The position numbers and the translations under genes are program-made. This document shows, piece by piece, positions 1 to 7,563 of a DNA stretch of 16,560 nucleotides; position 1 is the first letter of the stretch, and each line of letters starts with the position of its first letter. Source of the DNA: Methanobacteriota archaeon (lineage in GTDB: Archaea > JAADCQ01 > Methanopyri > Methanopyrales > Methanopyraceae); the NCBI GenBank assembly GCA_027064305.1, contig JAMOPY010000014.1, positions 1-16,560 of the forward strand, in the 5' to 3' direction. The notes beneath the pieces were generated by a model that saw nothing but the letters and a program-made list of their open reading frames with translations, was not told the origin of the DNA and did not search any database.

Positions 1-353
1 CGCTCCCGCCACTCCTTGATCGGGGACGTGCGCACGTGCGTGTAAACGTCCAGGAACAGGTGGCTGGAGATCCCCACCTCCGCGCACCAGATCGTCCGCT
101 CCCGGTCCAGGTGAAGCAGCGGCGTCACCGTCCGGTCCGCGATGATCTCGGCGTACTCGTGCACGTGCTCGGGCCAGTGCGCCCACCGGTAATCCACGTA
201 CCGGAGGTCGGGGTACCGGTCGTGGTAGGCGGCGGTCGCGAAGTCCGGGGCCAGCGAGGAGTACAGGATCACCCCGCCGTACTCGGGGCTTCCCGGGTGG
301 GCCGCGGCGGCGAGCACGAGGCCGTACAGCAGGTGCACCGGGCCGGAGGGCAT
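1..353 (-). CDS. Partial (runs off window start) metal-dependent hydrolase, Zn-dependent phospholipase C / YdjM-like
   Basis: Not in the ORF track. Manual translation from ATG at 353 is open to position 1: MPSGPVHLLYGLVLAAAAHPGSPEYGGVILYSSLAPDFATAAYHDRY...WAHWPEH...EVGISSHLFLDVYTHVRTSPIKEWRE. The MP..H / SxAPD / H / GxxSHLxLDxxxH pattern fits this family. Confidence 0.65.
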   Translation of the reverse strand, partial: MPSGPVHLLYGLVLAAAAHPGSPEYGGVILYSSLAPDFATAAYHDRYPDLRYVDYRWAHWPEHVHEYAEIIADRTVTPLLHLDRERTIWCAEVGISSHLFLDVYTHVRTSPIKEWRE

Positions 354-381
354 CCGGGTCCCCCACGGGGGTGGGTGAGCC

Positions 382-552
382 TTAACCTTCCATGTAATAT
401 GCGCCCGGTGCGGGAGGCGGGTGGGTCGTAGGAGGGCGCCGGAGCGGTGCCCGTTCTGCGGTGGTAAGCGGTTCGTTCGGATGGATCCAGGGGAGCGCAC
501 TCGGGACCTGCCCTGGTGGATTCGGGAGCTGCTGTGGGAGGAGTCGGGTTGA
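382..552 (+). CDS. Small Zn-ribbon (CxxCG...CPxCG) protein, about 56 aa; start codon non-canonical or degenerate
   Basis: Frame reads (L)TFHVICARCGRRVGRRRAPERCPFCGGKRFVRMDPGERTRDLPWWIRELLWEESG*. Its TGA (550-552) overlaps the TTG start of the next gene (TTGA). No ATG/GTG/TTG lies in frame before the first Cys. Confidence 0.55.
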   Translation, partial: LTFHVICARCGRRVGRRRAPERCPFCGGKRFVRMDPGERTRDLPWWIRELLWEESG

Positions 553-1160
553 TCGACAAGCGGGTGGCGATGGTGCTGGATCGGCTGCGCGGGTTCGAGC
601 GTCCCAAGTTGCGGTTGGAGCAGTACGAGACGCCCGGGGAGCTGGTTCGGGTGCTGCTCTCCATCGCCGACGCGGAGGTGGGGCTGGAGGGGGCCAGGGT
701 GCTGGATCTGGGGGCGGGTACGGGGAAGATCGGGATCGGGGCCGTGCTGGCGGGGGCGAGCCGGGCCACGCTGGTGGACGTGGACGGGGACGCGCTGCGG
801 GTGGCCCGGGAGAACGCGGAGCGGGTTGGGGTGCTGGATCGGGTGGAGTTGGTACGCTGCGACGTGCGGGAGTTTCGGGGCGGTCGGTTCGACGTGACGA
901 TCATGAACCCGCCGTTCGGGGTGCAGCGCCGGGGGGCGGATCGGCCGTTCGTGCGGGTGGGGCTGGAGCACGCGCCGGTGGTGGTCTCACTGCATCGCGC
1001 GGGGACGGAGGACTTCTGGAGGGAGAGGGCGCGGGAGTGGGGGGCGGAGTGCGAGGTGGTGGGTCGGGCGAGGTTCCCGGTGCCGGCGATGTACCGGCAT
1101 CACCGGCGTAGAATTAAACACGTGGGCGCGGTCGTTCTCGTGTTCCGGAGGGGTAGGTAA
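549..1160 (+). CDS. METTL5-family SAM-dependent RNA methyltransferase (COG2263-like)
   Basis: FERPKLRLEQYETP N-terminal signature, VLDLGAGTG SAM motif I, NPPFG motif. Start placed at TTG 549 behind a GGAGGAG RBS; the ORF track starts at 516. Confidence 0.9.
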   Translation: MIDKRVAMVLDRLRGFERPKLRLEQYETPGELVRVLLSIADAEVGLEGARVLDLGAGTGKIGIGAVLAGASRATLVDVDGDALRVARENAERVGVLDRVELVRCDVREFRGGRFDVTIMNPPFGVQRRGADRPFVRVGLEHAPVVVSLHRAGTEDFWRERAREWGAECEVVGRARFPVPAMYRHHRRRIKHVGAVVLVFRRGR

Positions 1161-1172
1161 AGGGGGTCGACC

Positions 1173-2195
1173 TTGGGGGATCCCGTGGAGAAGGTGAGGA
1201 ACGCGCTGGTGCCGCACCTGGAGGAGCTGGAGGATGAGCGGGTGGCGGTGGTCGCGGACATCGACGTGGATGGGCTGGCGAGCGCGGCGATCCTGGGGCA
1301 CGTGCTGCAGGGTCTGGACCTGGACTTCGTGCTGTACTTCTCTCCGCCCGCGAACTTCACCGAGGTGGTCTCGGGCATCGCCCCGGAGTGCGACGTGCTG
1401 ATCGCGGCGGACCTGGGGTCGACGGCGCGGGACGCCGTGCAGGATGCCAGGTCCGAGGGCTGCCGGGTTTTCATCGTGGATCACCATCAGGTGCTGGAGG
1501 ACGTGCGCCCGGACGTGTTCGTGCACGACACGCGGCTGTGCGCGGCGGAGCTGTGCTACTGGGCCACGCTGGACCTGCACGAGCGGGACCTGAAGCTGCT
1601 GGCGGCCTACGCGGCGTTCACGGACTACGCGGAGGAGCACTCCCGGGTGCTGGACGAGGTGCTGCGCCGGTACGATCGGCGCAAGGTTTACACCGAGGCC
1701 AGCCTGCTCGACTACGCGCTGGTGAAGATGGACGGGGACGATCGCAGGGAGCTCGCGCTCAAGCTCCCGGAGACCGCGGTTCCCGAGCTGGATGAGGTGT
1801 ACGAGCTGGCGCGGGAGGCCATGCTGGAGGAGCACGAGGTGCTTCAGCGCGCCCGGGAGGTGGCCAAATGCCTGGAGGAGGTCGTGGCGTACGCGATCAT
1901 GGACGACATTCACCCCGCGATGACCGGAAGGGTCGCGTCCCACGTGGCGGGCGTGATGGGCACCCCCGTCGGGGTGTGCGTGAGAAGGGGAAAGGTCAGC
2001 GCCCGGGTCGTAGACGGGGAGGGGATCAACGTCGCCAAGGCGATCAGAAGGGCCGCCGAAAAGGTGGGAGGAAAGGGGGGCGGCCACGCCCCGGCGGCCG
2101 GCGGGGTCGTCCCCGAAAGTCGGGTCGACGAGTTCCTGAGGCTGCTCGCGGGGGAGATCAAGCGTCAGATCGAGGGCCGGACGAGCGACGAGTGA
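1173..2195 (+). CDS. DHH/DHHA1 family phosphoesterase (RecJ/NrnA-like)
   Basis: DIDVDG, AADLGS, IVDHH and GGGHAPAAG motifs in the canonical order. Confidence 0.85.
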   Translation: MGDPVEKVRNALVPHLEELEDERVAVVADIDVDGLASAAILGHVLQGLDLDFVLYFSPPANFTEVVSGIAPECDVLIAADLGSTARDAVQDARSEGCRVFIVDHHQVLEDVRPDVFVHDTRLCAAELCYWATLDLHERDLKLLAAYAAFTDYAEEHSRVLDEVLRRYDRRKVYTEASLLDYALVKMDGDDRRELALKLPETAVPELDEVYELAREAMLEEHEVLQRAREVAKCLEEVVAYAIMDDIHPAMTGRVASHVAGVMGTPVGVCVRRGKVSARVVDGEGINVAKAIRRAAEKVGGKGGGHAPAAGGVVPESRVDEFLRLLAGEIKRQIEGRTSDE

Positions 2196-2770
2196 AGAAG
2201 TACGTGGAGCCGGGGCAGTTCGTGCTGCCGGGAGACAAGATCACGCTGGCCGAGGCGTTCTACCCGGGGCCGGGAACGTACGAGGACGACGGGATCGTGC
2301 GGGCCGCCGTGACCGGGACGGTGGAGGTCGACCTGGAGCGCCGCGAGGTCCGGGTCAAGCCCCTCGTGGACACGCCGCCGAAGCTCCGCAAGGGCGTTCC
2401 GGTCATCGGGCGCGTGCAGACGGTGAAGGAGCAGGTGGTGCTGGTGCGGATCGACCTCGCTCACGATCGCATGGACCGAGAGCCCGCGGCCTCGGGCGTG
2501 GGCGGCATCCACATCTCGCGCGTCCGGGACGCGTACGTGGAGGACCTCTCGGAGGAGTTCCAGCCCGGAGACATCGTCCGCGCCAAGGTGATCAGCGTCA
2601 AGACCCCGATCCAGCTCTCCACCATGGGGGAGGAGTACGGGGTCATCCTGGCCTACTGCAGCCGATGCCGCAGCGAGCTGGAGCGGATCAAAGGTAGAAA
2701 GCTGAGGTGCCCCTCCTGCGGGCACACGGAGACCCGGAAGGTCGCCTCAGGGTACCTAAGGGAGGCCTGA
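2192..2770 (+). CDS. csl4: Exosome complex RNA-binding protein Csl4
   Basis: VLPGD...PGPGTYE N-terminal domain, S1 domain (GGIHISRV...FQPGDIVRAKV), C-terminal Zn ribbon CSRC...CPSCG..ETRK. GTG 2192 overlaps the upstream TGA. Confidence 0.93.
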   Translation: MKKYVEPGQFVLPGDKITLAEAFYPGPGTYEDDGIVRAAVTGTVEVDLERREVRVKPLVDTPPKLRKGVPVIGRVQTVKEQVVLVRIDLAHDRMDREPAASGVGGIHISRVRDAYVEDLSEEFQPGDIVRAKVISVKTPIQLSTMGEEYGVILAYCSRCRSELERIKGRKLRCPSCGHTETRKVASGYLREA

Positions 2771-2773
2771 GGC

Positions 2774-3460
2774 TTGACCCGGATGGAGAAGCGGGAGGTC
2801 ACCTTCTCCTTCCCCGACCAGGACACGGTGCGCAAGTTCATTCGCGCGGTGGAGAGCGAGCGCACCCGGGGCGTCGACGCCTTCCTGGACGCGAAGGGTA
2901 CCCGGGTCAAGGTGAAGGTGTTCGGGCCGCACGCGGCCGTGGACGCCTACATCCGGCGGCTGGGGGAGCTGCGCAAGACCGTCCTGACCGAGTCCGAGGA
3001 CGAGAAGCGGGTGCGGCTGCATCTGAGCACGGTCTGCCGAGAGGCCGGCGCCCCGAAGGTCCCCTCCGAGCTCCTGGCCCAAGTCCTGGAGCGGCGCGGG
3101 TACCGGGCCGAGGCGCGCGGGCCCTGGCTCACCACGGACGCCCCGATGCGGGAGATCAAGGCGATCGTGCGCGAGCTGGCCGAGCTCTACAAGGAGGCCC
3201 GGTTCTACGCGGCCTCCGAGCCCGTGCGGCGCCTCCTCACCCTCGTCTGCCACGAGCACGGCCTGGACCCGATGGACCTGGCCTACGCGGCGCTCGACCG
3301 GGGCGTTCTCCGCGAGGGTGAGGACGGGCGCTGCGAGCTGAAGAAGGACCCGGAGAGGACCCTAAAGGAGCTCGAGAAGCTCGCGTCCGAGCTCAAGCGC
3401 GAGGGGCGCGAGCGCGGTCGCACCCTCGAAGAGCTGCTGGAGTTCGAGGAGCGCCTGTGA
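2774..3460 (+). CDS. DUF2067-like archaeal protein
   Basis: Typical codon usage and the conserved position between csl4 and rpoL. The family call rests mainly on recalled synteny. Start may be ATG 2783. Confidence 0.65.
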   Translation: MTRMEKREVTFSFPDQDTVRKFIRAVESERTRGVDAFLDAKGTRVKVKVFGPHAAVDAYIRRLGELRKTVLTESEDEKRVRLHLSTVCREAGAPKVPSELLAQVLERRGYRAEARGPWLTTDAPMREIKAIVRELAELYKEARFYAASEPVRRLLTLVCHEHGLDPMDLAYAALDRGVLREGEDGRCELKKDPERTLKELEKLASELKREGRERGRTLEELLEFEERL

Positions 3461-3473
3461 GGGGGCCTCCCCC

Positions 3474-3815
3474 GTGCGGTTGCCCGAGGTGGAGGTGAAG
3501 GTGAAGAAGTACGACCGGGACGAGGTGCTCCTCGAGCTGCCCGGCGAGGACCACACGCTCTGCAACCTGCTGAAGTGGGCGCTCAACCGGAAGGAGGGGA
3601 TCGTGGCCACCTACCGCATCGAGCACCCCATCCTGGGCAAGCGGCACAAGGTCGAGGACGAGCGGGAGCACGTCCCGCCCAAGGTGAGGATCCGGGCCGT
3701 GGACGAGGACGCGGACGCCAGGGAGGCGCTGTGGGAGGCCATCGACGAGCTCCTGGAGCTGATCGAGGAGGCTCGGAGGGAGTTTCAGGGGGCCCTGGAG
3801 GAGGCCGAGGGTTGA
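3474..3815 (+). CDS. rpoL: DNA-directed RNA polymerase subunit L (Rpo11)
   Basis: GEDHTLCNLL and ATYRIEHP motifs; located in the csl4 operon. Confidence 0.95.
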   Translation: MRLPEVEVKVKKYDRDEVLLELPGEDHTLCNLLKWALNRKEGIVATYRIEHPILGKRHKVEDEREHVPPKVRIRAVDEDADAREALWEAIDELLELIEEARREFQGALEEAEG

Positions 3816-4405
3816 AGCTCCGGGAAGTGAAGCCCGAGATCCGGGTCCTGGGCGTCGACGACGGTCACTACGGGCCCGAGGACGAGCGCACCCTCGTCGT
3901 CGGCGTCGTGATGCGGGGCGGCAAGTGGGTCGACGGGGTGATGTGCACCGAGGTTACCGTGGACGGGCTCGACGCCACGGACCGCCTCGTGGAGATGGTC
4001 AACCGGTCCAAGCACAAGCCTCAGCTCCGCGTGATACTCACCGACGGGGTCACCTTCGCCGGGTTCAACGTGCTCGACATCCAGCGGCTGCACGAGGAGA
4101 CCGGCCTCCCGGTGATCGCCGTGATCAAGCGCGAGCCGGACCTCGCCTCGATCATCTCCGCGCTGAAGAACCTGGATCGAACCGAGGAGCGCCGACGCAT
4201 GGTGCTCCGGGCGGGCCCCGTGTACCGGACCGTCACCAGGCGCGGGGAGCCCCCGGTCTACTACCAGTGCGCCGGGATCGAGCCGCGCGTCGCGGAGCTC
4301 GTGCTGAAGCGGACGGCCACGCGCCACCGGCTCCCCGAGCCCATCCGCGTCGCCCACTTCGTCGCCACCGGGGTGACCCGGGGGGAGTCCTCCGGTGGGG
4401 CGTGA
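3812..4405 (+). CDS. DUF99/UPF0215 family protein (endonuclease V-like fold)
   Basis: IRVLGVDDG, VDGLDAT, DGVTFAGFNVLD and LPEPIRVAH motifs. TTG 3812 overlaps the rpoL stop (TTGA). Confidence 0.88.
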   Translation: MKLREVKPEIRVLGVDDGHYGPEDERTLVVGVVMRGGKWVDGVMCTEVTVDGLDATDRLVEMVNRSKHKPQLRVILTDGVTFAGFNVLDIQRLHEETGLPVIAVIKREPDLASIISALKNLDRTEERRRMVLRAGPVYRTVTRRGEPPVYYQCAGIEPRVAELVLKRTATRHRLPEPIRVAHFVATGVTRGESSGGA

Positions 4406-4970
4406 GCGCGTCGGCCGCGTGACCGTCGCCCTGTACAACTCGTACGACCCGAACCGGTACCACGAGATCCACACCCGGATGATCGCCCGGGCGGCCCCGC
4501 TCTGCGTGGCCTACGACTTCAAGCTCGCGCTGTTCGGCTTCCCGCTGGACGACGTCGGGGTGGAGACGCCGCGGGAGCTGGCGGAGCTCGTCGCCCGGGA
4601 GACGACCATCGGCGCCTCCGGGCGAGAGGTGCTGGAGCTGGCCGAGCGCAACCTGCTGGAGGTGTACGACTACCCGGATCCCGGGTTCCCTCCCCAGCTG
4701 GGCACGATCGTCGCCACCACGTGCCGGCCGGAGCCCGAGAAGGCGATCGAGCCGGAGGACGTGGTGGAGCTCGTTCTGCGCCCGCGCTCCGTGACCCTGG
4801 TCTTCGGGCTGGGTCGGCGCGGGCTGCCGGAGGAGGTGCTGGAGCGGGCGGAGCACCACCTGGACATCACGGGCCGCGGGATCTCGCTGGAGACGTCGAC
4901 GGCGCTGGGGGCCGTGACGGCCGTCGTGGGTCATCTGATAAGGAGGGCGGTCCGGTCAAAACGTTATTGA
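4395..4970 (+). CDS. DUF531 family putative SPOUT-class methyltransferase
   Basis: LYNSYD...HEIH...RAAPLC.AYDF.LAL, GFPPQLG, and the SPOUT-like C-terminus FGLGRRGLP...HHLDITG.GISLETSTALG. Confidence 0.85.
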   Translation: MGRERVGRVTVALYNSYDPNRYHEIHTRMIARAAPLCVAYDFKLALFGFPLDDVGVETPRELAELVARETTIGASGREVLELAERNLLEVYDYPDPGFPPQLGTIVATTCRPEPEKAIEPEDVVELVLRPRSVTLVFGLGRRGLPEEVLERAEHHLDITGRGISLETSTALGAVTAVVGHLIRRAVRSKRY

Positions 4971-4988
4971 ACTCAAAACGATTCGCGG

Positions 4989-5143
4989 TGGTGGGCCCGC
5001 CGGGATTTGAACCCGGGTCACGGGGTGTCTTCGACCCGCCTCAGAGCTCCAAGGGGCTCCTCACGAGGGCCCGGCACACCCCATGCCAGTCATCGGCGGG
5101 CCCCTGGAGCCCCGCATGATAGACCTGGCTACACCGCGGGCCC
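4989..5143 (-). tRNA. tRNA-Trp(CCA) with a 77-nt intron at 37/38 (intron 5027-5103); encoded CCA; C at position 8
   Basis: Cloverleaf: acceptor GGGCCCG/CGGGCCC-A-CCA, anticodon stem CGGGG/CCCCG with loop CU-CCA-G|A (anticodon 5107-5105), T arm CCGGG-UUCAAAU-CCCGG. Bulge-helix-bulge at the exon-intron junctions. Confidence 0.96.
5027..5103 (-). ncRNA. Intron-encoded C/D box guide RNA of tRNA-Trp (predicted Cm34 and Cm39)
   Basis: C-like box CCGAUGA (5096-5090), degenerate D' CCGG (5074-5071), C' GUGAGGA (5064-5058), D CUGA (5044-5041). Guides UUGGAGC and CAUGGGGUGU pair with the pre-tRNA itself; the N+5 rule lands on C34 and C39. Confidence 0.9.
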
Positions 5144-5173
5144 GTCTCCCGGGGCCGGGGCGACCGACTCGAG

Positions 5174-5182
5174 TACTTAAGT
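5174..5182 (-). promoter_or_regulatory. Probable TATA box of tRNA-Trp
   Basis: AT-rich ACTTAAGTA about 30-38 nt upstream of G1 in otherwise GC-rich DNA. Same spacing as the tRNA-Cys box. Confidence 0.55.
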
Positions 5183-5233
5183 GTTGCCCCGGCCGCGCCC
5201 CGGGCCGATCGCGATCGAGCGCCTCCCGGATCC

Positions 5234-5240
5234 ATTTAAC
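5234..5240 (+). promoter_or_regulatory. Probable TATA box of taw1
   Basis: ATTTAAC about 27-33 nt upstream of GTG 5267. Confidence 0.5.
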
Positions 5241-5266
5241 CGTGGGTTGACACGCCAGTCCCGGGG

Positions 5267-6193
5267 GTGGCGGGCTTGCTCCACGCCCGCGTGGAGCGGG
5301 TGCTCCGCAAGCAGGGGTACGGACTCGTGGGGAAGCACTCGGCCGTCAAGCCCTGCCACTGGTGCCGGGAGGCGATCAAGAACGGGCGGCACTGCTACAA
5401 GGCCCGGTTCTACGGCGTGGAGAGTCACCGGTGCCTGCAGATGACGCCCACGGTCGCGTGGTGCCAGCAGCGCTGCGTGTACTGCTGGCGGCCCGTCGAG
5501 CTGACGATGGGCGTGAGCGACGTTCCGGACCCGGACGATCCGGACCTGATCGTGGAGCGGAGCATCGAGGAGCAGCGGCGCTTCCTACAGGGCTACGGGC
5601 ACCTGGAGGGCGAGGCGCGGAGGCGGTGGAAGGAGTCGCTGGAGCCCCGGCACGCGGCGATCAGCCTGGCGGGTGAGCCCACGCTGTACCCGCGCATCGG
5701 CGAGCTCATCGACGCGTTCCACGCGCACGGGTTCAAGACGACCTTCCTGGTCACCAACGGGCTGCGGCCCGATCGGATCGAATCGCTGGAGCGGGAGCCC
5801 ACCCAACTGTACGTGTCCCTGGACGCGCCCACCGAGGACCTGCACCGGAGGATCAACCGGCCCGCGGTCCCGGACTCCTGGGAGCGGATTCGGAGGACCC
5901 TGGAGCTGCTGGACTCCCTCGGCTGCCGCACCGTGATCCGGATCACCGCGATCAAGGGGTGGAACATGGACGGGACCTCGGAGGACTTCGGCCGGTTGCT
6001 GGCGGAGGTGGAGCCGGACTACGTGGAGGTGAAGGGGTTCATGTGCGTGGGCTGGGCGGCGTTCCGGATGACGCCGGACCACATGCCGAGTCACGAGGAG
6101 GTGAAGCGGTTCGCCGCCGAGATCGCCGAGCACGCGGGGTTCGAGCTGGTGGACGAGTCACCCCCCAGCCGGGTCGCCCTCCTCTCCTCCTAG
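5267..6193 (+). CDS. taw1: 4-demethylwyosine synthase Taw1/TYW1 (radical SAM)
   Basis: HSAVKPCHW, CYKARFYGVESHRCLQMTP, CQQRCVYCWRP (CxxxCxxC), AISLAGEPTLYP, FLVTNG and VEVKGFM motifs. Confidence 0.95.
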   Translation: MAGLLHARVERVLRKQGYGLVGKHSAVKPCHWCREAIKNGRHCYKARFYGVESHRCLQMTPTVAWCQQRCVYCWRPVELTMGVSDVPDPDDPDLIVERSIEEQRRFLQGYGHLEGEARRRWKESLEPRHAAISLAGEPTLYPRIGELIDAFHAHGFKTTFLVTNGLRPDRIESLEREPTQLYVSLDAPTEDLHRRINRPAVPDSWERIRRTLELLDSLGCRTVIRITAIKGWNMDGTSEDFGRLLAEVEPDYVEVKGFMCVGWAAFRMTPDHMPSHEEVKRFAAEIAEHAGFELVDESPPSRVALLSS

Positions 6194-6226
6194 CGCGCCG
6201 GGAGCGGCGTCCAAGGGAGCGTTCCG

Positions 6227-7153
6227 ATGGTTCCGCACCTGGCGCGGGCGGTCCTGGACTTCCTGCTGACGGTGCTGAAGGTGGCGCCGCTGGTCTTCCT
6301 CGGCTTCTTCGCGGCCTCGATGATGATGCGGCTGCGGGTGCACGAGCGGCTGGGTCGGTTGATCGGCGACCGGGCGGCGAGGTGGGGGCTCACGCCGGAG
6401 GCCGCCTCGGCGCTGGCGGCGTCGCTGGTGAGCCCGAGCGCCAGCTACCCGATGCTCGCGGAGCTGCACCGGGAGGGTCGGCTGGACGACCGGGACGTGA
6501 TCCTGCTCGTCGTGGCGACGACGCTGCCCACGACGATCGGGGAGCTGTTCATCAAGGGCCCCTTCTTCGCCGCGCTGGCGATCCTGGGGCCCCGGCTCGG
6601 GCTGGAGTACGTGGGGGCGCTCCTGCTCTCGGCCCTGATCCAGACCGTCCCGGCGCTGCTGCTGTACGGTCGACGCCGGGACCGGTCGGGCGGCTCGAAC
6701 CCGGATCCGGTGGTCTCCGACCCGGTCAGACCGCGGGTTCGGGAGGCGCTGGCGGAGGCGCTGCGCCGGGCGGGCCGGCGGATGGCGTACGTCCTCCCGC
6801 GCATGCTGGGCGTGGGCGCGGCGATGGTGGTGCTGGCGGAGCTCATCCGGTGGCACGTGCACGGCGGGTTCGGGCCGGTGCTGGCGACGATAGTGGCCAA
6901 CCTGAGCCACTACACGGTCGGGTACGCGACGGTGGCCGAGTTCGTCCGGATGGGCACCCTTTCGGAGCGCGAGGCGGTCGCGACGCTGCTGATCGCCGGC
7001 TGCGCGAACGTGCTCATGATCTTCCTGCGCGCGTCCCTGGCCACGTACGTGTCGATCTTCGGGGGACGGTTGGGGGTGAAGGTGTGGTCGGCGAACCTGG
7101 GCTCGAGCCTCGCGGCCCGGTTGCTGGTGGCCGGCGCGCTGCTCCTGTCGTGA
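6227..7153 (+). CDS. Multi-pass membrane protein, nucleoside-recognition (Gate) domain-like
   Basis: Several hydrophobic segments and two pseudo-repeat halves (LAELHREGRLDDRDV / VAEFVRMGTLSEREA). Confidence 0.65.
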   Translation: MVPHLARAVLDFLLTVLKVAPLVFLGFFAASMMMRLRVHERLGRLIGDRAARWGLTPEAASALAASLVSPSASYPMLAELHREGRLDDRDVILLVVATTLPTTIGELFIKGPFFAALAILGPRLGLEYVGALLLSALIQTVPALLLYGRRRDRSGGSNPDPVVSDPVRPRVREALAEALRRAGRRMAYVLPRMLGVGAAMVVLAELIRWHVHGGFGPVLATIVANLSHYTVGYATVAEFVRMGTLSEREAVATLLIAGCANVLMIFLRASLATYVSIFGGRLGVKVWSANLGSSLAARLLVAGALLLS

Positions 7154-7162
7154 TCTGAGGGG

Positions 7163-7174
7163 TGAAGTTTATAG
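7163..7174 (+). promoter_or_regulatory. BRE/TATA promoter of alba
   Basis: TGAAG followed by consensus TTTATA (7168-7173); GGGGTGA RBS at 7232-7238. Confidence 0.65.
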
Positions 7175-7243
7175 GGGCCACCCGCCGGGCGCGAGACCGC
7201 GCTAAGATTGGAACCGGAGAACGGGGACACCGGGGTGATCGCG

Positions 7244-7528
7244 ATGGCGGAGGATGAGAACGTCATCTACGTGGGCAACAAGCCCGTGACCAACTACGTG
7301 CTCGCGGTGATGACGCAGTTCAGCGAGGGCGCGGACGAGGTCAAGCTGGTGGCCAGGGGCCGGGCCATCAGCCGGGCCGTGGACGTCGCCGAGTTCATCC
7401 GGAACAACGTCATGCCGGAGGTTGAGGTGAAGGACATCGAGATCGGCACCGAGGAGATCGAGACGGAGGAAGGTGACACGATCAGCGTCTCGACGATCGC
7501 CATTACGCTGGCCAAGCCCTCCGAGTAG
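7244..7528 (+). CDS. albA: DNA/RNA-binding protein Alba
   Basis: [29 protein letters not shown] and IEIGTEE motifs. ATG 7244 follows the GGGGTGA RBS. Confidence 0.96.
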   Translation: MAEDENVIYVGNKPVTNYVLAVMTQFSEGADEVKLVARGRAISRAVDVAEFIRNNVMPEVEVKDIEIGTEEIETEEGDTISVSTIAITLAKPSE

Positions 7529-7563
7529 CCTCCCCCTCCCTCCCCCACGCCCCTCGGGCGAGG

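Noticed and set aside
382-552. Small Zn ribbon as RNA polymerase subunit P
   Set aside because: Cys spacing is similar, but the C-terminus (DLPWWIRELLWEESG) does not resemble the basic RpoP tail.
5105-5107. C34-to-U editing to repair the BHB mismatch and give a UCA anticodon
   Set aside because: The intron guide pairs G with C34 for methylation, the body is a standard tRNA-Trp rather than tRNA-Sec, and nothing in the sequence supports this editing.
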